Positions 1-30,138 of a stretch of DNA of 64,000 nt are shown here, piece by piece (position 1 is the first letter of the stretch; every line of letters starts with the position of its first letter). The DNA is taken from positions 5,712,624-5,776,623 of the forward strand of contig CAVNZM010000015.1 in the NCBI GenBank assembly GCA_963693365.1, written 5' to 3'. A program made the position numbers and the translations under genes. This DNA comes from Amoebidium appalachense. Taxonomy: Eukaryota > Protista > Ichthyosporea. The notes beneath the pieces are model-generated. The model saw nothing but the letters and a program-made list of their open reading frames with translations. It did not search any database and was not told where the DNA came from.

Positions 1-389
1 GTGGTGCCTACATGTGTGTGGTTGTGCACGTGTGGTGAGTAACTGGCCACTCCCAGGCTTATTCTACTCGCCCCCTCTCCCCTATTCTTAGTCTAGGCAT
101 GTAGGCTAGGCATGTATAGCTAGGCATGTATAGGGAGAATCTCCATTAGTACTGGTACTCCCAGGCTTATTCTACTCGCCCCCTCTCCCCTTCTTCTAGT
201 CTAGGATGTGTGGTGCCTACATGTGTGTGGTTGTGCACGTCGATGCATGTGAATCCATATCCATATGTGGGTATATGTCTCTTTACACGTTACTTCAATG
301 TATGTGCTCTTGTACGCATGTGTGTATGCCCATGTGTACTCGTGCATGCAGGTGCACACGTGTGCGCTTATGCACGTGCCTGCACCCAC

Positions 390-3626
<3,237 letters not shown>

Positions 3627-3809
3627 TATAAAACTATAATATAATAAAGATATGATTATAATATCAGAAATATAGTTCAAACACACATTATGGATATCCT
3701 TGTATATGCTCAGTACATCCACAGCATGTCCAGGTATATGCAAAGGTATATACAAAGGTATATGCAGGGATATGCGAAGTGTGGCCGAAGGTGTGTGTGT
3801 AGTGTTTTG

Positions 3810-3925
3810 TTTGGGCGGTGCAAGACTTTCGCGCCAAAAGCTAATCGGAATAATAATGCGATTTGGCTGTCCAATCGTTATGCGACAGCGAGATCTGGGC
3901 GCGCAAAGAAAGCTTTCGCCGCTCA
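3810..3925. promoter_or_regulatory. Bidirectional promoter core between RIF1-like and RAD54, with E2F-type site and CCAAT box
   Basis: TTTCGCGCCAAA at 3827-3838 (overlapping E2F consensus on both strands), GGCGCGCAAA ~3898, TTTCGCCGC ~3914 and CCAAT ~3871, in a CpG-rich patch between divergent ATGs at 3626 and 4729. Confidence 0.6.
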
Positions 3926-4728
3926 GTCCGACTCGGGCTGTGGAATGCGTAAAGCATGACACCTAAAAACATTCTTCCAAGCAAATAATATGAAAGAAAC
4001 CAAAAAAATTGAGTTTTCATAGTTTTTTAATAGTTATAAATATACTTTATTTATACATTCACAAAATATTGCTGCTTCAAGTTGTTGCAATCGTGCAACA
4101 ATTGCCCTTTTGCAACCTACAGCTGCATGACATTTAGCGAATCACAAGTCACTTGGTGGTTGGCGCCTTGTTCAACCCCCACATCCGCTGTTCATCAAGT
4201 CATCAACACGTCCTAACTGTGCCCCAAATTGTCTGTTGATTTTCATCCTTTTTTCTTGACAATTACTAAATATTTTGTGCAAGGCGGTTGGTATTGCACT
4301 TATAGGAGGCGTGTAGTAACTTTTCCCGTTTGTTTTCTCTTACATCTATTTTTTTTTGCTTCATGTTTTGTGTTTTTGGCTAGGTTTGAGAGGACACACA
4401 GAGAGGCGAGACGTTGCTGTTTAATAGTAGGGCGTTTCTCTTTTTTCCGGCAACCTTCTCTGTCAGTAATACGGCAGACTGGGGCATATAGGCAGCGATA
4501 GAAGCTGTATGAAATTTTCGAAAAATTCAAGTTCGTAGACACATAACATCATGCAACAGAGTTCTCTCCTACAGTAGGGTGATCATAAGAGCCCAGGGCT
4601 GAAAGGTAGCCCTGTTGCTGCGGGAGGCAGCTTGCATAGCCACACCCATAGAGGTAGAAAAGCAGCCACATTTTTTCACCAGCAGCCCAAAAAAATTGAT
4701 CAAGGCGGAGTAGATACCAAAGAAAGCC

Positions 4729-19103
<14,375 letters not shown>

Positions 19104-20620
19104 AGAGAGAGTAAGAGAGAGGGGGGGGGGGGGGGGGGATTTGCCTTTGAATGGTAATTATTAATTCTCCTGACACCCCGAATTTGGTGATAATTACTGT
19201 TGATTTCCGTGCTCTTTTTTTTTTTTTTTTTTTTTTTTTGGGGGGGGTCGGTCGATAACCTAATCATAAGTAGACAGACCATACTTGTATGAATGCTGCG
19301 CCCCATCATGACTTGTCAGTGAATGTGTGATAGAATGCACTTCTACGCCCACGTGCACAATCACCTCGCCAGCCCTCCGGGGGGAGAGTCCACCGTTTCT
19401 AATAATAAACGTCAAACTCTGAAGCCATCACAAAAAATCCCCAAAGTAACACGAGCCCGGGGCCGATAAACGATAAATGAGCGATAAATGCCAAACCAGA
19501 CTTCGAAACTTCGAATGCTCATTCCGGCTTTTTCGGCGAGTGCGACGACGGCAAACTGATAGATCTTGAGCGAGAGTCATTGCACCTATAATTAGCCTTT
19601 CACTAAAAAATACGGATGTTAGGTTATGCACAATATGGAAGAGCGCGTTTATATTTGTCTATTTGACAAGATTTTCTTGAGGATCCCATTTTTACTATGT
19701 TCTTACGTAGTGCGTCCACGTTACGCACCCGTGTATGTGAGGCACATTTCGGATTCGATTTCGGATTCTGGCGAAAACACAGATAACCATCGGGCTTTTC
19801 AGGACCGAGGGGCGGCGCCGGCAAGGATAGACTTGAACGCCATGTAGCTTTTCGTGTTCTTTTGCAATCTTTTTTTTGTGTGTGTGTGTTCTTGTTTTTT
19901 TCTGCTTCATTTCTGAGAATGCCTATGTTTCCGGGAGGGGCAGTGTAGGAGGGAGGAATGGAATGCCAATAAAGCTCCAAAAGCCGCTCACGCTCGCCGC
20001 TGGCAAAAAGCCCAGTTCAAACCCTGTGGCTCTGCCTTTTGTTGCGGCCCAATCAGATCGCTGCAGATGCAGCAGCACTGAGCAGATGATGATCTGGTTT
20101 CTGATTGGCTGCGACGCATTATTGCGGCCTGCCCCAAGATGTAAACAAAGGATCTGCCCTGGGCGCATACAAAAGCTGCACGCTGGCCAGAAACGAAACA
20201 CTAGCATGCCAGCCTAGTTCATGCGTGTTTGTTCTTTTAGACTTCACACGATAATCTGCTTTCACTAGAGCGAAAATAACCCCCTGAACCGCAGACTAGC
20301 GCGCTGTGCACGACTGGCCTGCAACGTTACAACAGGGACGGAGCATAGGCTGGCTACCTAGTTTCTACACAGCACTACACTGACGTACGTCTAATTATTC
20401 ATAGCTGGTGTGCGTAGAAGTGGAAGCACAATACGTGTGTTCATTCATGACCACTTGCCAAACATACATCACTTTTTAGACACAACAGACCCGGGCAAAC
20501 TTTTGCCAGGAAGAACTTGCAGTCACCCCAATTACATTTGGGGCTCGAATCCACCAGACACAATCCTTCCTTTCTTTAAACACGCGAAAACCACTTCGCC
20601 ACACTGAGTTTCTCACAACC

Positions 20621-22188
20621 ATGTTTCGACCATTGCAACTACTAACATGTCTTCTCTTAGGCCTCCTTTCCTCCTTCACACTCTCCGTCTCAGGTGCAAG
20701 CACACAAACCCCACCTTCCTCCGAGGTCAAACTTGGCCTACGCACCCTCCTCCTCTCTGCCGGACCACACGAGGAACAAGTTATCCGCATGTATCTTGAC
20801 GGCCTGGGCACCCCCTACACCAGCACATCACAGATACCGGACCTCACCACCCCAGCCTACCACGCCATTATTGTCACGAGCATGAATTTCAACGGGGGGG
20901 ATTTTACGGCGTTAAGGCAGTATGCAGCCAAATACAACGTCAGGTTGGTGTGTCTTCAGTCGAATGATGCGGCTATGAAGGGCACCAATGCGTCGATTGC
21001 AACTGCAAGTAAAACCCCCCTGCAAAATGTCATTTTCGATGCGCAGACACTTAAATCGGAGCCGAAGCTGTCAGACGCAATGAATCCGGGGGGGTCGTGG
21101 GCGGTGAATTTGTTGAGCCCCATGTCTTTTACCATCCCAACAACGGCAACTCCCCTTCTGCGATATGGTAACGCTGGGCCTGTGGCGGCTTTCATTGCCA
21201 AAAACCAGGGGGGGTCCGAAGAGATGCATTTTGGATTTCGCGCATGGGCAGGGGAGTTTTGCCCGGCCTCTGATTGCCCCCACCCATACACCAACATCTA
21301 CTCGGGGGAGGCAACTGGTGAATTTTCATTCTTTAACCTCGCACTGGCCAACGTGTGGTTCAACTGGGCCACTAGGGGGGTCTATCTGGGCCAGAGACGC
21401 ATCAGGGTGCAAATTCACATTGATGATTGGTTCCGCCAGTACCCCCTTGTGAACGGCACGAATTTCCGGGTCAGTGGTGCGTCCATGCGGCATGCAGCTC
21501 AGTGGACTGCAGGGATTGTGAAGAAGACGGGCCTGCCTGCTGACAGCTACTTTCGGTTCGAGTTGGCCTTTAATGGGGCGGGTCATACTGCAGAGGGACT
21601 TGAAAAAGGTGGGTGGGTGCTGTGCAGGTGCACGTGTGGGTAGGGGAGGAGAAGAGGGGCTGCAAGGGGGCATGTAGAGGGATGGTGAGTGGAGGAGATA
21701 AGCGGAGAGTTATCAACATCATGTTGGAAGCTGGATGTTTGTTTGTGAGCGAGTTGAATAGTGGTGAATGGGGTTGGGGAGCAGCAAATGTTTAGGGAAC
21801 ATAGCCCATCTTAACGAGCAGAACGAATGCAAATGGCTGCATGGGTGCATTGTTTTGCTTCTTTCCCCACCTCCATCACCCTTTCCCCACCACATCACAT
21901 CAATTCACCTTCTCCATTATTACACCCTCTTCTGATTGGCTAACACGCACCAATCACAGCCGGGCCTGGCAGTCTTGCAGCCGTATCCAACGACCTCGTT
22001 GGCTCGTTCAATTGGATCAGCCACACGTGGACACACACGCACATGGACTGGCTCGATGTGTGCCCAACCCCCGGTGGATGCCGGACACCTGCCGATAGGA
22101 TTGCTGCCGAGCTGCAAAACAGCGTCAAGTGAGTGTGTGTGTGTGCTGGGGGGGGGGGGGGGGGGGAGGATAGTTTGGTGTGTGTGTG

Positions 22189-22224
<36 letters not shown>

Positions 22225-23111
22225 GGGTAGTTCGGTGTGTGTGTCCGCTTGCTGTAACAATGTATCTGAGATGGGGATAAAATGCATGCGATTTTATTTT
22301 TTTTATTTTTTTATTTTTTATTTTGGGGGGGGGGGGGGGGGGTTGGGAGAGGGTGTTGTGTATGTGCGTGCGGGGTGGGGGTGCGAAGGATAAATAATGC
22401 TTGACGGAGGCAGCCCTTTGTGAAGGTGTGAGGGTCCCCGTGATCCAGTATACCTGGTGGGGAAATCGTGTATGTATCTCGTGCAACCCCCCTCCCCTCC
22501 CCCCCTTATGCACTTGAACTTTTCTCTTAGCCGACTGCACCTTCTTCTCCATCAATATTTCTCTGCCCACTAATTCACCCCCTCCCGCCCCTCTCCTTTC
22601 CTCAACACGCACACAAACACACACAAGCACACACACACGCACACACACACACACTCACAAACACACGTACATGCACACACACACACACACACACAGGCTG
22701 GCCACTGGCCAGGCTGTGCCCAACAACCCCTCCATGTACCCCGGTCTCGTAGACAGCCCTGCCGGCCAACTCTTTGGCAGCAAAAATGATTTGGCCGCAA
22801 CCCGACTATCTTTGAAATCCATGGTCACCCCTGAAATTTCGGGGCTCTATCCATTCAACTTCACTGGGCATTATGGCGGTAGAACCCCAGTGCCTGGAAA
22901 TAAGGTGGCGCTCAAAGTCATGTTGGATAATGGCATCAAGGCGGTGACGGGGGATAACACAAGGCCTGAACTGGTGTCTTGGGTGAGTGCGGGTGGGTGA
23001 GTGGGTGGGTGGGTGGATGGATGGCTAAGTGTGTAAGGGATGGGAAGGTTGTGTGTAGGTATGAGTGTCGATGGGTGAGTAGACATGAGTGGATGTATGC
23101 CGCGAATGTGT

Positions 23112-23170
<59 letters not shown>

Positions 23171-23206
23171 ATCGTGTGCGCGTTGTGTGTTGTGTGCATT
23201 TCGAGT

Positions 23207-23247
<41 letters not shown>

Positions 23248-24148
23248 CCTCTCCCTCTTCTTCCCCCCTCCTCCAATTACCTCCCTTCCCCCTCGACGCT
23301 CCCCCCCCCCCCCCTTCTGCCCCCTGCCCCATCTCCCCCTCCTCCACTTGTTTGCCCCCCGTCCTTCCCCCCCCCCCCCTCCCCCCCCCCTCCCCACATA
23401 TCCTGGAGGTCTTCTTCTAACCCCTACCTCTTCATACAGGACTCACCCCATCACCCCATCATCACGACTGTTGAGAGTCACGGCATAGCCGGCATGGCGA
23501 TTATCCCCCGGCATGCCCCCGCCATTGCCTACCACACGTGCGACCCAACTACATACATGGGCTGGTACAACTCCGCACGTGCCTGTGACCTTTCATCTGG
23601 CCCTAAGTGCGAAAACCGTGACTACAGCCTGGACGAGGCCATTGAGAGGTAGTGCCCCTTCCTCCCCCCCCCCCCCCCCCCCCCCAACACACACACACGC
23701 GCACACACAAGACACATACACACAAGCAAAGAAGCTCCCCCCCCCCCCCCCCCCCCCCCGTCATCACAACCACCACATACGCACGCGCTGTGACACACAC
23801 ACACACACACACACAAAACACATGCTCACATCCAAGTTACCCAAAAAAACGCTCCTAGCAGCATGTACACTAACACATTATCAGAACCACATACCACCCG
23901 AATCCTCTGCCGCTATCTCTGTATCTCTCCCATCCCATGAACCCGATTCCAACGCCCTTTCATCCCCCCCCCCCCCCCCCTCCCCCCCCCCCCCCCCACC
24001 ACCACCACCACCACCGTGCACCACCACCACCACCAAATAATAAAAAGAAAAATGAAAAATAGGAAAAATTAGGGGGGAAATCCCCCCCAAAATTCTTTTG
24101 TTTAATTTTTATTTTTGTTTTGTTATTTGGTGGTGGTTGTGGTGGCGT

Positions 24149-24179
<31 letters not shown>

Positions 24180-25173
24180 GGGGGGGGTAAATAGCTTTTG
24201 ATGTTCCTTTGCCTGTTTTTCTCGTCACATACTTCATAATTTCTCTCTCTTTGATATCTCTCCATTTATAATAAAGAGATTATTAATTTCTCTCTCTTTG
24301 ATATCTCTCAATTTATAATAAAGAGATTAACTCTGTATCCCCCCCAGGCAAGCCACGACTGCACTATCCTATCTCCTGCACTACCGCCAAGACCCCTTCA
24401 TGGCCCATCAGGCCAACATGCACGCCTGCGACAACTACAACACACAGGGTGCCCCGAATAGTCTGGCCACACACTGGGTCGAGAGGATTCTAACCCGCAT
24501 GGCCTCATATATTAACAGGCTGCCTGTGCAGTCTCCAAAGGTGCGTGGTCTGCACATGTGCCCCACCCCCCATTCCCCCTTGTCCTTCTCCCCTGGGGTA
24601 TATGCCCGTTTTCCCTGTTCCCTGGCCTCCTCCCTACTGCCCGCTATCTCCCCCCCCCCTCCCTCCCCCCCCCTTCCCCCCTCCCTCTCCTGTCGGCTTC
24701 CTTTCCCCGGATTTCTGTTCTCCCGTCATCTCTGCACTCCTCCCTTCTACCGCAATATTGTTGTATTGTCTCCAACCACCATTGTAGGTGCCGCCAGAAA
24801 TTTCTACACCGATAACCTCGTTTCAAACACAGCCATCTATATATAGCCCTCTTATATACCCCACCATCTATATGTAACCTCTCCCTTTCTAACCCCGCAG
24901 TTTGACGACACGGCGGCCAATTATCTGGACCGATTGTCACGTGACCAGTGTGGCCTGGTTGGTCAGGTGACCGTGCTCGATGGCCATTGGTCCAATGTCA
25001 GCATCCGGGCCACGGGCAAGTGCAATGCCGCCCTAACGGTGCTAGCAGCCAATGAGCTGCAGCCTGCCCTTCCAAATAAGGAAACTTACGGCCCAGACAA
25101 CACCTACCGGTATGTGCACACCCTCCTTCTCCCCTAGCCATCTCGTGACTCGATGCCTCCCCCCCGCCCCCCC

Positions 25174-25235
<62 letters not shown>

Positions 25236-25782
25236 ACAGACACACACAGACACACACACACACACCACAATGTTGCAGCCCCCCTCCCCCCCCCCCCCCC
25301 TCCCCCTGCCCTCCCCTTTATCCGGCCCAACTGTATTGCCCACCATGACTAAATTGCCCCTTTTACCTCTCACCCTGACATCCAAATCACTTCTTTTATC
25401 CCCCACCGTCAAGTTACCTCCCATCTTGTTTGTTTTCCTTGGCTGCTCAGAGACCTGCTTGCCCCCTCCCCCCCCCCCTACCTCCCCTTCCATCCCCCCC
25501 TCCCCCACTTCCCTTCCCTCTCTCCCCCATCCCCAAACACTATCACCACCACCACCTACTAACCAACCAATCTTTCCTCCCCCCAGTGTGCTTATGGATG
25601 CGGGAGACACCGTGATTTTTCCCCTCGTCAACACAACAAAACCAGCCGTCGACCCTGCTCAACAGCAGCAGCAGGTGGATAGGGCAGGTTCTGCAAGTGC
25701 CGCCATGACGCTGCGCTCTGATTGGTTGCCACTGCGTGCAGCTGTGTTGCTATTGACTGGCGTCTTCTTCAATCGGATGTGA
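20621..25782 (+). CDS. Agd3-like (CE18) alpha-1,4-GalNAc polysaccharide deacetylase with signal peptide and GPI-like C-terminus, 7 exons
   Basis: Exons ~20621-21608, 21960-22128, 22697-22982, 23440-23648, 24348-24540, 24901-25109 and 25587-25782 splice in phase. Motifs WATRGVYLGQRR..HIDD, AFNGAG, FNWISHTWTH, MVTPEISGL, DNGI..VTGDNTRPEL, IIPRH, RQDPFMAHQAN, RLSRDQC and ETYGPD occur in the Agd3-family order. Hydrophobic N-terminus (MFRPLQLLTCLLLGLLSSFTLSVSG) and hydrophobic C-terminal tail. Confidence 0.85.
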
Positions 25783-26346
25783 GCGCGATTTGCCTAATCA
25801 GCACTTGGGTTGTTGCTCTGAGATGGTGGTGGGAACTCTAATGCAGACGTTATTCCCTTTTTTTTGTTAATCTCGATGATATGTTGTTATGATGCGGGAA
25901 TGAAAGATTGGGGGGGGGAGGGGGGGGGGGGGGGGGGGAGGACTCGCTGTGGGAGAGGGAGGGGGATAGAGTTTTTGTCACAGCAGTCTACTGAAAAGTT
26001 TACATGTATATTCGGTATATACTATTGCAACTTTTGTGAGTCATCATTGGGTGTACGAACAACATAACGTGTAAATATTGGCCGGGCATGTGCAATAGGC
26101 CTGTGTATAGAGGTGTAGAACCATCAAATGTGTGTATCTACCTGCACCACGTGTACTTGCACGTGTATCAGATTCTGAGCCCCTTGTTTTGCTAGAGTGA
26201 GATTTAGTTGCAACGACAACGAACTAAACTTTTGGTGCCATGTGTAGTTAATTTTTCATGTGAAACAAATGGATGTGTACCGTTTGTGCTTAGTGAAGCA
26301 GATGAATAAAGTCAACCAGACTTTGGACATCTGAGGAACACATGTT

Positions 26347-26377
<31 letters not shown>

Positions 26378-26562
26378 TCCCCGCCTTCCCCCCGCCCCCG
26401 CCCCCCTCCTTTTCCAAACACAACACACACAGACACAGATACAGACACACACACACACAAGCACATGCACGTACACACACCCAAGAACACACACACACAG
26501 ACACACACGTGCACACACACACGCACACACAGACACACACACAAACACAAAAACACACAGCT

Positions 26563-26601
<39 letters not shown>

Positions 26602-27078
26602 ACCCCCACCCCACCCCACGCACACACCTCAACAGGTTGGGTATTGCTTTTATCCCGGCTTACTCGGGCAGAGAGGTAAAAGATGTCTGAATTCTTGTGC
26701 AAGCCATTCGACTTATTAACACTCCCACTCCCTACCGACCCCCACCGGAGTCACTGTATCAAACGGTTGGGACGTTGAGGCAATATCACGATTGTATTTT
26801 CTTAAGTTTCGTTTGACCACATGTACACGCCTTGAATTCAACAGGTGAGCAAAACAAAAACTTTGTTGTTTCAAGGTATGTATATAAGTTGTAATACTGA
26901 CGGCAAACTCTTCCGCTGTTCTGTAACGGTTAACTCTCAACAGCCTGAAAGCGGCAAACCCAAAACACACCGTGCTAGTTTCTAATCCCCCCCTCCCCCA
27001 CTCTCTCCCACACACGCACACAACCACCCATCCCGCCACCCACCCACCCACCCATACGCGCGCGCACACACGCACGCA

Positions 27079-27204
<126 letters not shown>

Positions 27205-27359
27205 CACACACACACAGTGACACACAGACTGACACCGGTGCCGTCATTTGCAATTGCACACTGCATGCACACACCCTTCCTTAGCCCCTCTGGTGCCTCC
27301 CTTTCCTTCACGGAACCGTAGTCCCCTTTTAGCTTGGTCCCCCCCCCCCCCCCCCCCCC

Positions 27360-27398
<39 letters not shown>

Positions 27399-27467
27399 CT
27401 CCCAATACACTTCCCATCCCCCCCCGCCCCCCCCCCCCCCCCTTCCCCCTCCCCCCCTCCCCTCCCC

Positions 27468-27503
<36 letters not shown>

Positions 27504-28398
27504 ACACACACACACAAAAGAAAAGAAAAGAAAAGAAAAGAAAAGAAAAGAAAAGAAAAAAGAAGAAAAGAAAAGAAACCGTCCCACACACACACAAGAT
27601 CATGAAGACGACTTTCGTCTCCGCATTTAATTGCTGTAAGATTCCGCCTAACCCCCTTAAAAAAAAACAATGGAGTCTTTAGTGCAGAAACAAATTGTAC
27701 ACCTACTTCAAGGCTTAGCCGCCAAAAGGTACAAGGCAGAACGAGTGGCCCACTTGAAAAGATTCGTGACGTTGCAAACTGGGTTAATTTAGGGGGTTCG
27801 GTGCTGAAATTCTACTTTCTGTCTGAGGGAAGGTAATAAAACATGGTGTGGTCGTGCTGTGGAGTACTGGGTGGTGGGATCCCAAAAATGTGTGCAGTGT
27901 GGTTGCTGCCACGTGTCTGGAGATGTGTTGTTAGTGCACTCTGCTAACTTACGGTGTGTGTCCGTCTGTATTCCTGTTCCGTTCATCATTGACAATATGA
28001 TTGTTGGAGTTTCTGGGGGTGGCATCCTGTCAATACACATCATGGGTGGCATACATACACGCCCGGCGCGCGAGGAAGTGGGGGAAAAGAAGGGGGAGGA
28101 AGGGAGGGAGGGGGTGCTACGGGAGGGGGGAGGGAGAGGGGACGCGGGGGGAGGGGGGGGGGGGAGGGGAGGGGGAGGAGAGGGAGGGTCGCCCACACAC
28201 TCACACAACGTCGCGGTAACACACACGTAGACACACACAAGAATTATGTCACACACACACAGTGTTGCACACACACACACACACACACGCACACACACAT
28301 GCACACGCACGCGCACGCCGACACACACACAGGCCTGACACAACACCCACACACATCCTCAGTGGTACACGGTGGCACACACGCACACACAAAATTTA

Positions 28399-28863
28399 GG
28401 GCGTGTTTGGCAGCCGAAAATAATCGTATTCGTGTCATTTCGTGAAAAGACGAATAATCGTGTTCTTAAAATTAATTTGTGGTATGCGTATTTAGGGGTA
28501 ATTATGGCGTACCAAACACGCCCAAACACGGATCCCGCTTCGACATCGACACAATATCTCGATACGAAAAAAGAATGCGAAACATCCTCTTTTGTACAAT
28601 TTCATTGGTGGGCGATCGGTTAATCGTAAATTAGAGTAGCTTAAAGCGATCCGATTGGCTAAAAGTTATATCGTGTATTCGAAAATCACCTCCGGAGGTG
28701 ATTTCCTTTTCGAAAACACGGTATAACTTCGATGTCCAATGTCTTCATCGTGTCCGGAAAGCTGTGGCGTGTTTGGCACATTTTCGCATTTTCGGAATCG
28801 TGTCATTACGCGAAAAGACGAATACGCTAAAGACACGATATAACTGCGCTGCCAAACACGCCC
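28399..28863. mobile_element. PIF/Harbinger (Tourist-like) MITE
   Basis: 16-bp perfect TIR GGGCGTGTTTGGCAGC (28399-28414) / GCTGCCAAACACGCCC (28848-28863), flanked by TTA on both sides (28396-28398, 28864-28866); 465 bp, AT-rich, non-coding. Confidence 0.9.
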
Positions 28864-29062
28864 TTAATGTCACACACGCATACGGACGCATTCAAAAACA
28901 CACACGCGCACACACACACAAACACGCATACATACACACACGCACACGCACACACGAACACACACGTGCACGTGTGTGCACACACGCACACACGCACACA
29001 CGTGCGTGCACACACACGCACACGCATACGCATCACAAACGCAGACACACACACACACGCAC

Positions 29063-29111
<49 letters not shown>

Positions 29112-29408
29112 GTGTACACACCGTACTACGGTTGCAGCTGCAGACACATACACGAAGGGAAGCACTGATTTGTGAGGATCACAACATAAGGCTTGGCTCG
29201 CATGCACACACGCGCGCGCCACACACACGCACACGCGCACACACAAGCATACGCGAGGAGGGGGGAAGAGAGGGGAGAGGGGACGGGCGGGAAGGGAGGT
29301 GGAAAAGAGCCTGGCGCCAGGGGGGGGGGGGGGGGGGGGAGGGGAGGGGGGGGGGGGGGGGGAGGGCTCAGGATCCGGAGGTGCCAAAAACCAACAGCCG
29401 CTGGGGAT

Positions 29409-29451
<43 letters not shown>

Positions 29452-30027
29452 GGGGGGGGGGCGAGGGGGCCCAGCTAGCACTAGCAGCCTGAGCGTGTCA
29501 CGTGAGCCCAGCTGTTAGACAAAAACAAACCGTGACAGCCTTTGGTTGAGATGCCATTAATTGTCCCTTCAGGCCAACTGAAGCGGACACGCAGGCACGC
29601 ACATGTCCACACGCGTACACGGTGCACGCCACACATGTCGGTGCTGTCGGTATACGTGTTTTGTTGACAACTTGACATTTTACAGAGCTCGACACGATTG
29701 GCTGTCAAGGGATTTTAGTCCGCCAATCACCGATGTTCTAGAGACCAATATGATTGGTTAAGGAATAGCCAACCAATGAGATGCCTCCAGCCACATTCCA
29801 TTCCGATAACCCGTGACTCGGCTGGGAGTCGGGGCAATCTTGCCCAATATTCATAAATATACTCTGCACCAAACTATAATAGTATTAGTAGATTTACTTA
29901 GTATTTTTACAGAGTTTTTTGCGCATACTGCCAAAATTAGGTGTATACGATGTTCTTTTTAATATCCGACTCTATGTTTGATTTTTCCCAGCCATGTTGG
30001 CAAGAATGGCAAGGTGTGTGATTCTAA

Positions 30028-30075
30028 CCAGCCAATCAGGCCGCAGTTTGGGCGGAATGCGGCATATATAAACCG
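30028..30075 (+). promoter_or_regulatory. Core promoter of the GH114 gene (CCAAT, GC box, TATA)
   Basis: GCCAATCAG ~30031, GGGCGG ~30050 and TATATAAA ~30065, about 70 bp upstream of ATG 30139. Confidence 0.6.
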
Positions 30076-30138
30076 TGACGAGCCGAAAAGCCTCACAGTC
30101 AGACGTGCACTTGTTGTCCCTGACCGTATATACGCAAA

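Noticed and set aside
4551-4728. ATG CAA CAG..CAG TAG GGT.. open frame suggesting TAG readthrough or a variant genetic code
   Set aside because: RAD54 homology starts at ATG 4729, so this is 5' UTR; TAG is a normal stop in RAD54, bHLH and SLC4 here.
19624-20217. Short complex ORFs between RAD54 and the Agd3-like gene (also 26716-26970 and 27670-27792)
   Set aside because: No recognisable motifs or consistent splice structure; likely promoter DNA or decayed repeats.
29497-29506. GTCACGTGAG E-box upstream of GH114 as a target of the neighbouring bHLH
   Set aside because: CACGTG arises constantly at CA/TG repeat junctions in this DNA, so one site is uninformative.
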